Assembly (NCBI GenBank): GCA_965644315.1
Contig: CBFFRQ010000085.1
Location: forward strand, 1 to 56,464
Reading direction: 5' to 3'
Origin: Caecitellus pseudoparvulus
Taxonomy: Eukaryota; Protista; Bigyra: Bicosoecida
Length of the DNA stretch: 56,464 bases
This document shows, in pieces, positions 23,901-34,591 of the stretch (within the stretch, counting starts at the first letter, position 1; each line of letters begins with the position of its first letter). A program made the translations under genes and the position numbers. The notes beneath the pieces were generated by a model that saw nothing but the letters and a program-made list of their open reading frames with translations, made no database searches and was not told the DNA's origin.

Positions 23901-26358
23901 ACTGGGGTTCACATCTGAGGAGTGGCTTGAGCTGTGCGTTGTGCGTTTTGGAAGCCACCACTGCGTGTGGCACGGCCTCGCTCCTGGGCAGCAGGCAAGG
24001 GTGCGAGTTCGCGCAGTGGGGCACGGCGAAAAGCCCAGCAGCGAGTGGGCATATGCACTCATCTCCATGCCCTCTGTAAGGCGCCAGCCATCTCGTTGGC
24101 AGCCCATGTTCCCTTTGCTGGAGGTGTCAGAGCGAGGCGGGGCGGTGGGGGCTTCAGTCGCTCCGCCCCCAAGCTCTGGAGCCAGCATCACTGAAGTATG
24201 TGACGGCTTCATCATGTTTGGGGGACTCTCTGCTGGAGAGTCCTGCGATCGCACCCTGTCAGCCGCCTGTAATCTGGGTTCTCAAGTTTCCAATGATCTT
24301 TGGAAGCTGGACCCTGTGTTGAACACCTGGCAGGCACTGGCTGTAGTGGGGGGCATCAAGCCTTCAGCGAGGCACAGGCATGCAGCATCAAATCTGCAAG
24401 GTCAGCTGTGCGTCTTTGGCGGGGCCGCGACGCCGTTTTCAGCTTTGCACGGCGGGGGCGTGCCATCTTTTCTTTCTGACACGTGGTGCCTGGACCAGGG
24501 GCACACCCAGCAGCGGCAAGGGACAGCAGTCGCCTTCTCTCCAACCCCAGGCATTGGAGCCCAACAGATGTCTAGTGTGATGGAGATAGAAGGCCAAGGC
24601 CCTGCCGCAGTGGTCGAAGTGGAAGAAGCCCTTGCGCGGGCTGCAAATAGCTCATTGTCACATGCCGAGCAAGGTCTGGCCTCTGCCGCACTCCTCCGTG
24701 GGCTAGACTTGGAGTGCACAGCAGACATTATGGTGGTCGTGCAGCTCCAGGTGTCTTGCCCGGTGACGCTTAGCATCTCGTTGTTTGGCCCGTCTCGCCG
24801 GCCTCATTCTAGTGCTGTGCTTGGGCCTCGTAAGCACCCACAACCATCTGCAAGGGGAATCCAACTGTTGCGTGGCAGCTTCCCCGCCTGTGAAACAGGG
24901 GCGACCAAGTATCGCAATGTGACCATCTCTTTCTCTGACGATGCGACGGACCTAGCAAGCATCCCCCAGAGCGCCAGCGGCCAGCAGTGCCAGCATGTCA
25001 ATGCGTCAGGTGGTGTCCCGGCTTGTCCTGCAGCAGACGTGCACCAGCACATGTCCGTACTGAAACCCGTAGAGCCACTGTCGTCGCTGCTTGGGGCCCC
25101 ATCCGCGTCAAATTGGACGCTTCAGGTGACATCCGCTAACCTCTCCACGATCAGGGTAACATCGTGGACGCTGCAGCTCCGAACTCGTCCCTGCACAAGG
25201 CAGGCGCGCTGGTTCAGGGTACACACGCCTATGACGCCACCAGCTCGAATGGATGCGACAGCGGTTGTGGTGCACGGGGAGTGGTTCGTGCATGGTGGCT
25301 CGGCAGGGACCCCGCTGCAGGACATGTGGAGGTACTCACCGCAGCTCCTTGATTGGGTGCAGCTGCGCCAAGCCAGCCCTCCTCACAGACTTCGCTTTCC
25401 CTCTCCCAACATGCGGTCCACAGCACTAGGACGGGCTGCGGTTTTGTCTCCCTGGGGAGTGCTGACTTTCGGGGGGCGTCCAGGGGCTGCACGGGGGCAC
25501 TCCGCGAATCAGGTCTGGCAGTACTGCCCTCGGCACAAGGTATGGAGCGTGGCAAGTAGCACGGCAAGCGAAACGGGCGAGACCCTTACCGAGACAGGCA
25601 CCGGTCCTCACCAACGCACTATTGGGGCGGACATGGAGCCCACTTCAACACTCCTTCCTCAGCACGCACGCAGCAGCGCATCCAGGACTGCCGAGTATCC
25701 GCAACCCGACGTGCAGAGAGCACCAATCGGGCGGGCCTCACAGGGTGAAGCACCAGTTTTTGCCAGGCCAGCTCGACGCGCCTTCGCAAGCCTGGCGCTG
25801 GTGGGAGTATCGGAGACACCCCCGAGGTTTAAGTTCAAGCGGTCCCCTGCTTTGTTGGTAGCTGGAGGCTTGGGTGAAGGCGGGCTCATGTCAGATTTGT
25901 GGACATTTGACCTTGCTGGGGTCGCTGTGCACACCATGCAAGGTCATGCTGAGCAAGGGCGCTTGTGGCAAGCTGCCCCAGGCGACACAGTAGAGCAACG
26001 CCCTGAGCTGCTCACATTGCACATAAGCGGTGCACCTTATCTCGGGACCAGGAGCTCTCCAGGCGATGCAGGGTGTGAGCAGGGCGTACGCAGGGGCTGG
26101 TCTGCGTTGCAAGGGGAAGAATTCGTGCACCTTCGGCATTGGTGGCAGCGCCAGTGCTCGTGGCGACTCACCGATAATGTCACATCCCCCGCCACATCTC
26201 TAGGTTGGGAATCTCAACAATCAGGCAGCGTCAGGGAGCTTGGGCCGTGTTTTTCCACCGCGGCAGGCGAGGAGGCAAGTGAGAGCACGTGCACCTTGGA
26301 TGACCTGCTGCTGGCCGCCTTGTGCGAAGGGAGGTTCCAGTCTATTGGAGCGCTCTAG
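20956..26358 (+). CDS. Large secreted mosaic protein (~1750 aa): FN3 domains, ALK/LTK-type glycine-rich domain, Kelch repeats, proprotein-convertase P-like domain
   Basis: Exons 20956-21034, 21103-21193 and 21270-26358. Signal MRLSVWSATCLLLPALCGLCGA; FN3-like VTGLKASSLYFARV and WHGLAPGQQARVRVRAV; Gly-rich IHAWGAGGG..GGAGGYVNGTFTV..LLLIAGGGGGGG; Kelch FIMFGG..NDLWKLD..PSARHRHAA..LCVFGG; P-like LKPVEPLSSLLGAPSASNWTLQV. Confidence 0.72.
23158..23180 (+). repeat. (AGC)n microsatellite encoding poly-Ser
   Basis: Run agcagcagcagc... seen directly, in frame as SSSSSSSS. Confidence 0.8.
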
Positions 26359-26623
26359 CAGTACTTGGGCTCAATCAAGGCATGTGGTGGGGCACTGTGG
26401 CAGGGTGAAATTGGCTTGGATGCATGGAATGCAGTAGCAGCTGCTGCTCTGCACCTCACCATTTGTGCATGGCGAGGCAGTGCACCTATTGGCCAAAAAC
26501 GTCCTCAAGCTAGCATGACGCGGGGGAGTGTGCGGGAAACAGCACGAGTGTCCATTTTCTGTGCGCATTGACGCTGCGCCGAGGGTGCGTTTTGGGGACG
26601 CTTGCCAGGTCGCCCCGGTTCAC

Positions 26624-26634
26624 TGCGGAAATTG
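26624..26634 (+). promoter_or_regulatory. Recurrent motif WGCGGAAATTG, copy 4 (~55 nt upstream of the RPA43 ATG)
   Basis: tgcggaaattg seen directly. Confidence 0.55.
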
Positions 26635-26688
26635 GTCCCTGAGTTCGTTCCTCTCGGCTGGCACTGGGACCCACACTGGGAGCGAAGG

Positions 26689-27547
26689 ATGGCTGCAAGC
26701 TCTTTCCCTGGCCTGCAGATTGTGGAGGTGAGGAGGTGCTGCGTGCATGAATGCTGTACTGCGCGAGGTGACTGTGGCCTGAACACTGCCACTCGCTGCT
26801 TGCGCAGGCTCGGGTGCCAGTGAGCGTGGCGCCGAGTTACGGCGGACACGCGGGGCTCGCTGTGGAGGAGCAGCTCAACGACATGCTCATGAAGTGCGTT
26901 CGGAGCTACTGGCCGCTGAAGCCGCTGGCTGGCGCACCCAGGGCGCCAACCTGCCCGTTCACAGGTACCAGCCCGACTTGCAGGGCATCCTGCTCTCCAT
27001 CGCGAGGGTGTCGCTGCCGGCAGCGGCCGTGACGCTCAGCGTGTCACCCTTCGCGCACATGACTGTGAAGGTGCAGGGGTTGCTGTACCGCCCAGTGCTG
27101 GGCAGCACGGTGCCGGTCAGCATTGACTTTGTGAGCGAGGGGCACATCGGGGGGCTCCTGCTTGGCGTCTTCAACGTGGCAGTCCCGAAAGACCTGCTGC
27201 CAGCGGGCAGTTCCTTCGACGAGGCGGCAGATGAGTGGGCGCTGGGGTCGTCTGGCGCCAAGGTCGGAGTGGGCAGTGTGCTGTCACTGCGCCTACTGGA
27301 CATGAGTGTGTCGGAGGGGGGCCTGAGCTTGCTGGCCACCGCGCGGCCTGCCGGGCCCACAGAAGCAGCTGTGCCGGCGGAAGTAGAAGCGCCCAAGGCC
27401 AAGGTGCAGGTGGGCGGTGCCAAGCGCTCGCGGGAGGCTGATGGCGCTGGCACGCCTGAAGGGGTGGAGGCCGGTGTCACCACGAAGCGTTCCCGCAAGG
27501 AGAAAAAATCGAGCAAGAAGAAGTCAAACAAACACAGCAAGAGGTAG
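26689..27547 (+). CDS. RPA43: RNA polymerase I subunit RPA43 (POLR1F)
   Basis: Exons 26689-26727, 26808-26893 and 26965-27547: VSVAPSY..VEEQLNDMLMK|YQPDLQGILLS..SPFAHMTV..LLYRPVLG..HIGGLLLGVFNVAVPK, plus a Lys-rich C-terminal tail. Confidence 0.8.
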
Positions 27548-27906
27548 GGCCGCCGCTGGTGGTACGCCATGCGCCGTCCTGGCTGGCATGGCATTGGGTG
27601 GGAGTGTGTGGACCAGCGTTGGAGGGGGGGGGGTGGCTCAGTCCGCGCGTTTCGGCTCAGCCAGCCGCCTCCCACACCCAAACTTCCCGCACACAACAAC
27701 CACAAATGCACTTGAAGTATCGATGAGGGCAGCTGCATTGTCCAATCCCTCTTTTGCACGGGAGGGCGCCTGCTGCCTGGAAGCGTGCGGTCGCGTGCGA
27801 CGCGCGTGCACTGTCCTGCACCACTGGTCGCTTGGCAGCTGTCTGCTGGCGGCACAGAGTGGCAGGGCGAGCAGGGCAGGGCACGTGACTAGTACAGGGC
27901 ACAGGA

Positions 27907-30771
27907 ATGGCAGGGCAGCCATGGTACTACTACGCCCCCTTCCACGACCTGGTGGTGGGGCACCCGGCGCCAGCCAGCATCATCCCGCAGCACTTCCTGT
28001 TTGGGGAAGGCGGCGCGACAGCCAAGGCTGCCCGGGGTGTGTGTGGCCCCCTCGCCTCCATGCTCATCCAGTCCCTCGCCAGGGCAGTGCAGCGGGATGA
28101 CCTGGTGCTGCTGCAGCGCCTGCTGCTGCTGGCCAGCAAGGTGGACGGCAGCAGCAACTGGTTCCTGAACACAGTCCTGAACGGCGTGGACGCGGTGGGG
28201 TGCACCCTGCTGCACCGGGCCGTGACGCTGGCCACCACCAGCAACATGGTCCTGCGGGGGCTGGAGGGCGCCACGGAGCCTTCGGGGGAGCCCTACATGG
28301 ACGTCCTGGCGCTGCTGGTGCAGGCGGGCGCGGACGTGAACGGGCGGGACATCCGGGGCGCCACGCCCTTGCACTACGCGGCGGTGAGTGGGAACCTGCC
28401 CCTGACGCAGATCCTCCTGCGCAGCGGCGCAGACCCCACCCTGCTCATGGACGACGGGACGTCCCCTCTGCTGGCGGCGCTGCAGGCAGGGGCGGAGGAC
28501 GTCGCGCGGGTGTTGCTGGGGGAGACACGCAAGGCTCTGCGGCAGGCGGGGGCAGGGGCGGGGGAGGCGGGCGGGGGTGCCGGGCGAGCGCAGACGCAGC
28601 CCCGCACTGGCGCCACGGCGCGGCTGTTCATGCAGCCGCCGCCGCCGCCCGGCGCCTTGGGCTCCCTCCTCTTCCACGCCGTGGCGGGGGGCGACCTGGT
28701 CCTGTTCGTGTACTTGACTGCCCTCACCTCCGTGCCCACAGCCACCACGCGCCCTCACCCTGCGTGGTGGTTCGCCGCCGCGGCAGGGCACGGCGCCTTG
28801 ACAGGGGTGCTGCTGGCGGCCACCCACGCCACCTCCCGCATCGCCCCGCCCGCCATGCTGTCTGGCGGCGGCCTGGAGGCGGGGGCCGCCGAGGAGCACC
28901 GCCGGGTTGCCGCCACTGCCCGGCGGCCAGGGGGCGCGTCGCCAGGCCCCGGCGGCGAGGCGCCCTGGGGCCTGGACGACAGCGTCCTCGAAGCGGCCAA
29001 GCACTGCATGGATGAAGTGGTGCTGCCGCTGCTGGCATCCCCCGCGCAGTTGGTGGGGGGGGGCGACGCCGCGGCGGACGCCAAGGCAGCGCCCGCCTCC
29101 CCCTGCCGCGCAGTGGCCACGTCCACCACCCTGTTCCTGCTGCCGCCGGAGGGGCGGCACGGCGGCGATGCGGCACTGGAGATCGGCATGGACCTCATCC
29201 TGCGCCTGGCGCTGGGCGGCGGCGCCAGCAAGCCTCGCAAGGCGGCAGCAGGGCGGGACCCCCTCCCAGTGCAGGTGCGTGACGCGGGGCTGGCGCCGTG
29301 GGATGCCCTGGACAGCGGCCGCCTGGCGCCGCTGATGGCGTGGCAGGCCAGCACGCGGGTGCTGGCGGCGGCGCCACACCCACCGGGGGCACGCCCCCTG
29401 CCCCGCACAGCCCTTGCCTTTGCGCTGGGCGGCATGCTGGGCGCCACGCGGCGGCGGGGGCACGGCAAGCGCAGTGCGTGGGAAGAGACGGGTGGCGCCC
29501 CCCCCGTGGCCGGCCTGGGCAGTGCGCTGCACCTGCCCTCCTCGGGGTGGGCAGGGGGCGACAGCGTGCCCCCCCCCACCGCCACGGTGCGCCTGCCAGC
29601 GCTGCTGGACAAGCCGCCCAGCGGCAAGGGCGGGGCAGGGGGCACCCTCACCCTGCACGTGAGTGTGGGCGACCCCGTGACGCTGGTCTTCCCAGACACC
29701 CCCCTGGCTGCCGCCTGGGCTGCCTTCCTCACCGCCGCCGCAGTGCAGCGCAAGGAGGCGGCGCACGTGCGGGCGGCGGTGGCACGGGGGGGGCGCTGGC
29801 TGCATGGCGCCACACACACCCTGCGCAGCCATGTGGCACAGCAGCGGCGGGAGCGCCGGCGGTGGCTGCGCGGCCTGGCGGGGGCTGCTGCAGGGGCGGC
29901 CTGTGCGGCGCCGCCCACTGCCGGGGCCGTGTCTTCAGACGCACCTGCTGCCGGGCGACGCCCGTCTGCTGGCGGGCAGGCTGGAGGGGCGCAGTTGGCG
30001 GGCATGTTTGCGATTGAGGAAGGCAGCAGCAGTGAGGGGGAGGAGGGGGGGCCGCTGCAGGTGCTTGTGCCGCGGGAGGGCGCGCCGCCGAGTGGCAGGG
30101 CGGGCCGCCGGCGCCAGCCACCGCCCCCCCCTCCCGTCAAGAAAACCCCCCCTGCACCCCCCCCTGGGCGCAGTGCCCGGGACTCCATGCTGCCCGTGCG
30201 CCAGGCGGCCACTGCGCCGCCAGACCTGCCAGACCTGCCAGACCTGCCAGCTGGCACAGGGGCTGTCAGCGCGCCAGGAGCGGGCAAGGCTGCCGCCCTG
30301 CCGTCGCTGCCGTCGCTGCCGTCGCTGCCCATGCCGCCTGGGGACGGGCGGGGCGGCCAGCTCCCTGGCGGTGGGGGGTTTGCGGCGCGGGGCGGCATGG
30401 CCACGCGCCGAGGTAGCTACGTGCCTGCAGGGTTCGGCGCGCAGGCGGCGATGCGGCGGCCGCGGGGGCGGAAGGAGGAGACGAAGGCGGCGCCGGCCCC
30501 TGCCCCCCCTGCTGTGACCCTGGCCACCCTGCGGCGACTGAGTGTCGTGTCTGCCACCAACACCGCCGCAGCAGTGGCGGTGCAAGCGGCCTTCCGAGGG
30601 TGGTGGTGTCGGCGCCTGCTGGCCAAGGGCCAGTGGACCCGAGTGCGGGACGAGGACGGCGACGTGTATTGGTGGAGCGGCGCGGGGGAGGTGTCGTCCT
30701 GGTGGCCGCCCCTCTCCGACCCTGGCTTCGACTACGCCGCTCTCGCGTGGAAGGCCCGCCTGCCCGCCTGA
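27907..30771 (+). CDS. Ankyrin-repeat protein with possible degenerate PH-like domain, Pro-rich region, IQ motif and C-terminal WW domain (954 aa)
   Basis: Ankyrin GADVNGRDIRGATPLHYAAVSGNLPLTQILLRSGADP; IQ AAAVAVQAAFRGWWCRRLL; WW QWTRVRDEDGDVYWW..SSWWPP. Confidence 0.75.
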   Translation: MAGQPWYYYAPFHDLVVGHPAPASIIPQHFLFGEGGATAKAARGVCGPLASMLIQSLARAVQRDDLVLLQRLLLLASKVDGSSNWFLNTVLNGVDAVGCTLLHRAVTLATTSNMVLRGLEGATEPSGEPYMDVLALLVQAGADVNGRDIRGATPLHYAAVSGNLPLTQILLRSGADPTLLMDDGTSPLLAALQAGAEDVARVLLGETRKALRQAGAGAGEAGGGAGRAQTQPRTGATARLFMQPPPPPGALGSLLFHAVAGGDLVLFVYLTALTSVPTATTRPHPAWWFAAAAGHGALTGVLLAATHATSRIAPPAMLSGGGLEAGAAEEHRRVAATARRPGGASPGPGGEAPWGLDDSVLEAAKHCMDEVVLPLLASPAQLVGGGDAAADAKAAPASPCRAVATSTTLFLLPPEGRHGGDAALEIGMDLILRLALGGGASKPRKAAAGRDPLPVQVRDAGLAPWDALDSGRLAPLMAWQASTRVLAAAPHPPGARPLPRTALAFALGGMLGATRRRGHGKRSAWEETGGAPPVAGLGSALHLPSSGWAGGDSVPPPTATVRLPALLDKPPSGKGGAGGTLTLHVSVGDPVTLVFPDTPLAAAWAAFLTAAAVQRKEAAHVRAAVARGGRWLHGATHTLRSHVAQQRRERRRWLRGLAGAAAGAACAAPPTAGAVSSDAPAAGRRPSAGGQAGGAQLAGMFAIEEGSSSEGEEGGPLQVLVPREGAPPSGRAGRRRQPPPPPPVKKTPPAPPPGRSARDSMLPVRQAATAPPDLPDLPDLPAGTGAVSAPGAGKAAALPSLPSLPSLPMPPGDGRGGQLPGGGGFAARGGMATRRGSYVPAGFGAQAAMRRPRGRKEETKAAPAPAPPAVTLATLRRLSVVSATNTAAAVAVQAAFRGWWCRRLLAKGQWTRVRDEDGDVYWWSGAGEVSSWWPPLSDPGFDYAALAWKARLPA
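30217..30327 (+). repeat. Two short in-frame 9-bp tandem repeats, (ccagacctg)x3 and (ccgtcgctg)x3
   Basis: They encode PDLPDLPDLP and LPSLPSLPSLP; seen directly. Confidence 0.7.
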
Positions 30772-30784
30772 CGCTGCGGCGCCG

Positions 30785-31460
30785 TCAGGCCAGGGCGCTG
30801 CTGAAGGTCAGCAGTGCCGCCACCAGGGTGAACCTGCGCAGGGGGTCAGCCAGGGACAGCGGCAGCGCCGCCCGCAGGCCGAACTCCCGCACTGCGAAGA
30901 TGGCCACGCCGAGGGCGAGGAGGGCAGGCGGCCCGGTGAGCCCCTCTGCCGCCACGGCGGTGCACACGCCGCCTGCCAGGGCCAGGAATGCAGGCACCTG
31001 CACCAGCTTCGTGTACGTCTCGTTGCCGGTGAAGAAGGCCATGAGGGCAGCGGTGGCGGCGGCAAGGAGCACGTCACCCTCCCGTGCCAGCAGCGGCGCT
31101 GCCCAGGCACCCGCGGCGGTCTTGCTCAGCACTGCCAGGCACATGACGACGATGGGCAGGGCGTTGGCCAGCTGCCGGAAGAAGAAGTGCAAGTCCGTCA
31201 GCATGCCCCAGGGGCCGTACCGGGCGATGCCCACGGCGCTGGCGGCGCCGACAATGCACCGGGCTGTGAAGAGTTGCTGGCCCCGGCCAGAGGACAGGTC
31301 TGTCACGCTGGCAAGGTACACAGCACACAGCAACACGGCTGCCTCCCCGATGGCAAGCCACATGGGGGTGTTGCTGCTGGCGGCAGTGGTCTGCATGGGT
31401 GGGCGGGGTGTGTGGCAACGGCAGCCTGCCTGAAATCCCGCTGCGGCTCACCTTTGCCAT
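30785..31460 (-). CDS. Small polytopic membrane protein (~204 aa, ~6-7 TM), function unknown
   Basis: Probable exons 31460-31452 (MAK) and 31390-30785 with a 61-nt GT-AG intron. Hydrophobic helices throughout and GC3-rich codons. Confidence 0.65.
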
Positions 31461-31846
31461 GCTCCTGAACACCGGCGGGGTTTCGCACAACAACAGCAGC
31501 CCAAGGCTGACGAGAGGAGCAGGGGTTTGGTGTTGGGGGGCGGGCGGGGAAGTTCGGTGCCTCGACGTCGCCTCGCAGGTGGGTTTAGCCTGCGCGCAGC
31601 CGGTGCTGGAGCGCAGGTGGTGCACGGGTGAGGGGGGGTGCCATTCGGCCCTGCAGTCTCGCCCCCACCCCCAAAACACATGCAGCACACACCCCGCCAG
31701 ATGAACAGAGCTGACAGGATTCCCCAGTTCCCCTGACCGCCCCCCACCACTGCCAAGGCAGTGCCAGCGGCTCCCAGACGCTACAGTCTTCTGCTGCCAG
31801 GTGCAGTGCACTTGGTCAGCCACGCCATCAGGTGTCGAACCGAGCC

Positions 31847-32877
31847 ATGGCAGCGAGCCACGCGATGATGCGGGTGCGCATGTTGCAGAAACACATTGCA
31901 TTGGCGCGCCAGGCGCTTAGGCGGCAGGTGCACGCCGCCAGTGCAGGCGTACGGTGCGTGGTCAGCAGCGTTTCTGTGTGGCGTGCGCCACAGCGGCAAC
32001 GTGTCTCGTCAGCGAAGAGCGCCGTGCCACCCACCCCCTCCCCCTCTCCGCTCCCCACAGATCCTTTTCCAGCTCAGAGCAGGGTGGCGAGAAGTTCCGC
32101 CATGTCGGCGCCCGCAGCCCGCGCTTCCTGGACCTGAAGCATGACCCCGACTCTGACTGGCAGCCCAAGGATGACGAGAGTGACTACGAGTACCCCGTGT
32201 ACGCGGACGAGCACGAGCATGTCAGCACGGCGACGTGGCTGAAGTGGCTGCTCACCACCCTCCTGCAGGTGCTGGGCGCGCTGGCCCTCGTCGGCGGCGC
32301 CGCCAGCACCCTGGTGTCCCACGCCCTGGCCAAGAGCCAGGCGCTGGAAGACGCGACGGCTGTGCTGGCGGGGGCACAGCGGGACGCCGAAGAAGCGGCC
32401 ATGTTCCTGGACACCATCACGGAGCTGGCGGCGCTGGTGGAGGAGGCGCTGGGCGACTCCCCCGACGCCTGGGGCGCGGGGCCGGAAGCGGACCAGGAGT
32501 CAGGGGAGGCAGCCATGGCCTCTGCCACCCTGCGCAGCTCCGAGTGGATCCGGCGCCGGGCAGAGCTGGCCACGCTGCGCCTGGACAAGGTGGGCCCCAT
32601 GGTGCGGGAGCTGGCGCTGCTGCAGGAGGCGGGGCAAGGCACCCTGGCGCCCCTGCTGGCCACGCCCGCCCTGCTGCCGCGCATGGTGCTGCTGGCACAG
32701 GGGGAGGAGGACGTGTACACGGCCACATACCAGTGTGAGGTGAGCGGGCGGCGCCTGGCGGAGCAGCGCGCAGATGTGGGCAGCTGGATTGAGGGCATGA
32801 GCGTGGAGGGGTTGCCAGGCATGCTGGCGGCGGCCCAGCAGCGGGCAGCAGCGCGGCGCCTGGCGGAGCGGGCATGA
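31847..32877 (+). CDS. Hypothetical mitochondrial single-pass membrane protein (~307 aa)
   Basis: Exons 31847-31953 and 32061-32877 give an Arg-rich, acid-free presequence MAASHAMMRVRMLQKHIALARQALRRQVHAASAGVRSFSS, then an acidic patch, the TM segment WLKWLLTTLLQVLGALALVGGAA and a helical domain. Confidence 0.6.
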
Positions 32878-32922
32878 GGGGCGGCGCCCCGCCCCCAGCG
32901 ACGGCGGCAGTGGTGGCGCGCC

Positions 32923-34210
32923 TCATGCCTCCCCTGTGCTGCCGGCGCCCAGGTTGATGCTGGCCAGCTCCGCGTTGACCTGGTCCCCCGTCAGCACCGG
33001 CGGGTACGCCGCCACCGCCTCCGGGTCCTCCCCGAACACGCCCAGCGGCTCCAGCGTCGCGTCGGACGCGATGTGCGTGAAGCAAGTGGAGGAGATGCGC
33101 CACAGGGAGCGCCCCGCCTCAGCGGCTGCAGTGATGGCGGCAGCGGTCTCGTCCACCACCACCACCTCGTGGAAGCCCGCCTTGACGTGGCCCCCCGTCA
33201 GGTACTCCATCTGCTTGCCTGCCTGCATGAGCAGGCAGCCGTCAGGCACCGTCACGCGCAGCTTCGTGCCCTGCCGCGTCCAGATGAACAGGCCTGGGAA
33301 GCGCGACTTGCCGTGCACGGTGATGAAATTCAGGTCGTAGTGGAAGCCTGCCAGCACGGTGCCCTTGGCGCCGAACTTCTTGAAGTCGCTGGCAGTGGGC
33401 GCCAGCAAGTGCGCGCCGTGCTGCATGCGGTCAGAGAAGGCTGTCGCGCCCAGCCCGAAGCCAGTGGCGGCCATAGTGGCGATGTCTTGCCCTGCCCGCA
33501 GCAGCTTGGCGCCCCACCCGTCCATGGTCTCCTTCCACGCAGGGAAGCCCGCAGGCACCACTGGCTCCGCGTTCAGCTCGCCGAAGGCGGTGTCCTTGGG
33601 CCGCTCCCCCACCCGCCAGAAGAATCGCCACTTCACGTCGCGCTCAGGCGGGCACAGGGACAGCGGCTTGTCGGCGTCCTTGTACGCCCGCATGCGCTCG
33701 CAGTGGTCCTTGGGCAGCTCCGTGTTGCTAGGGGTGGCGCCCACTTGGTAGCTGCGAGGGGGAGGGGGAGGACTTGCGGCCGCGGTGCGATGTGACGCTT
33801 GCGTGATGTTGGGCGCCCAAGCAGCGTTGCCGCTGCGCTGCGCTCGCCGCAGCACCCACCTCAGGTCCTTGCGCACGTCCTTCTTGCGCTCCTCTTCAGG
33901 GGACTCGAAGTACTCCTCCAGCAAGTCCAGGAACCTGTGCTTCCCCGCACCACCGGCCGTGCATCAGTTGGACACCAGCGCGCGCCAATTTCCGCACGCA
34001 CCCATTGTTGTCTGCCTCCGAAACGCGCGGGTCGCGCACGATCAGGATGCTGTACTCGTGCAGCGCCTTTGCAACCTTTGCGCACTCCTCATCGTACGCC
34101 TTCTGGCTGGCCTCGTCGCCCTCCTTCAGCTCCAGCAGCTTGTTCAAGTCAATGACGGGCACGTGGCCATCAGTGGTGGGCACAGCACCGCTCGCAGCTG
34201 ACGCAGCCAT
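32923..34210 (-). CDS. 2-oxoglutarate/Fe(II)-dependent dioxygenase (IPNS/DIOX_N-like)
   Basis: Exons 34210-34002, 33934-33860 and 33751-32923: VPVIDL, HxD triad GFHYDLNFITVHG, distal His GFHEVVV and RxS motif WRISST. Confidence 0.88.
33986..33996 (-). promoter_or_regulatory. Recurrent motif WGCGGAAATTG, copy 5 (dioxygenase intron 1, next to the donor)
   Basis: The intron starts GTGCGTGCGGAAATTG. Confidence 0.5.
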
Positions 34211-34591
34211 GGTGTCGGCAGGGGGCTGGGCAGGTCGTGGGTGGGGACGCAACGAACTCGATTCGCGGGGCTGGGGAGGAAAGTCGTGCTCGTGGATTGG
34301 GAAAGTGCCGTGGGTCCACGGCTGTCGCTGGCTTGCCGCCTGAGCCGCAGAGAGAGTGGTTGCCTGGGCATGATGCAAGGGCGCGCAAAACCACCAAGCT
34401 CTGCCCACAGGAAGTGCGAGGGCACTAAACTCCACACACTGTGCCTTTTTCTGCACCCGCCCGTCTCACCGCAGGCGGACTGGCTGGAATTGCTGCCGCA
34501 GTCTTGTGGTGTTGCCTGGCCAACCCCGAGTTGGCAAGCAGCGTCTGAGCAGAAGTGCGGCGGCCGCACCTGATGCAGTGAAAGACGGCAC

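Noticed and set aside
27889-30404. Long minus-strand ORFs of 647 aa and 549 aa
   Set aside because: Low-complexity Arg/Gly/Ala shadow ORFs in very GC-rich DNA, opposite a gene with recognisable ankyrin/IQ/WW motifs.
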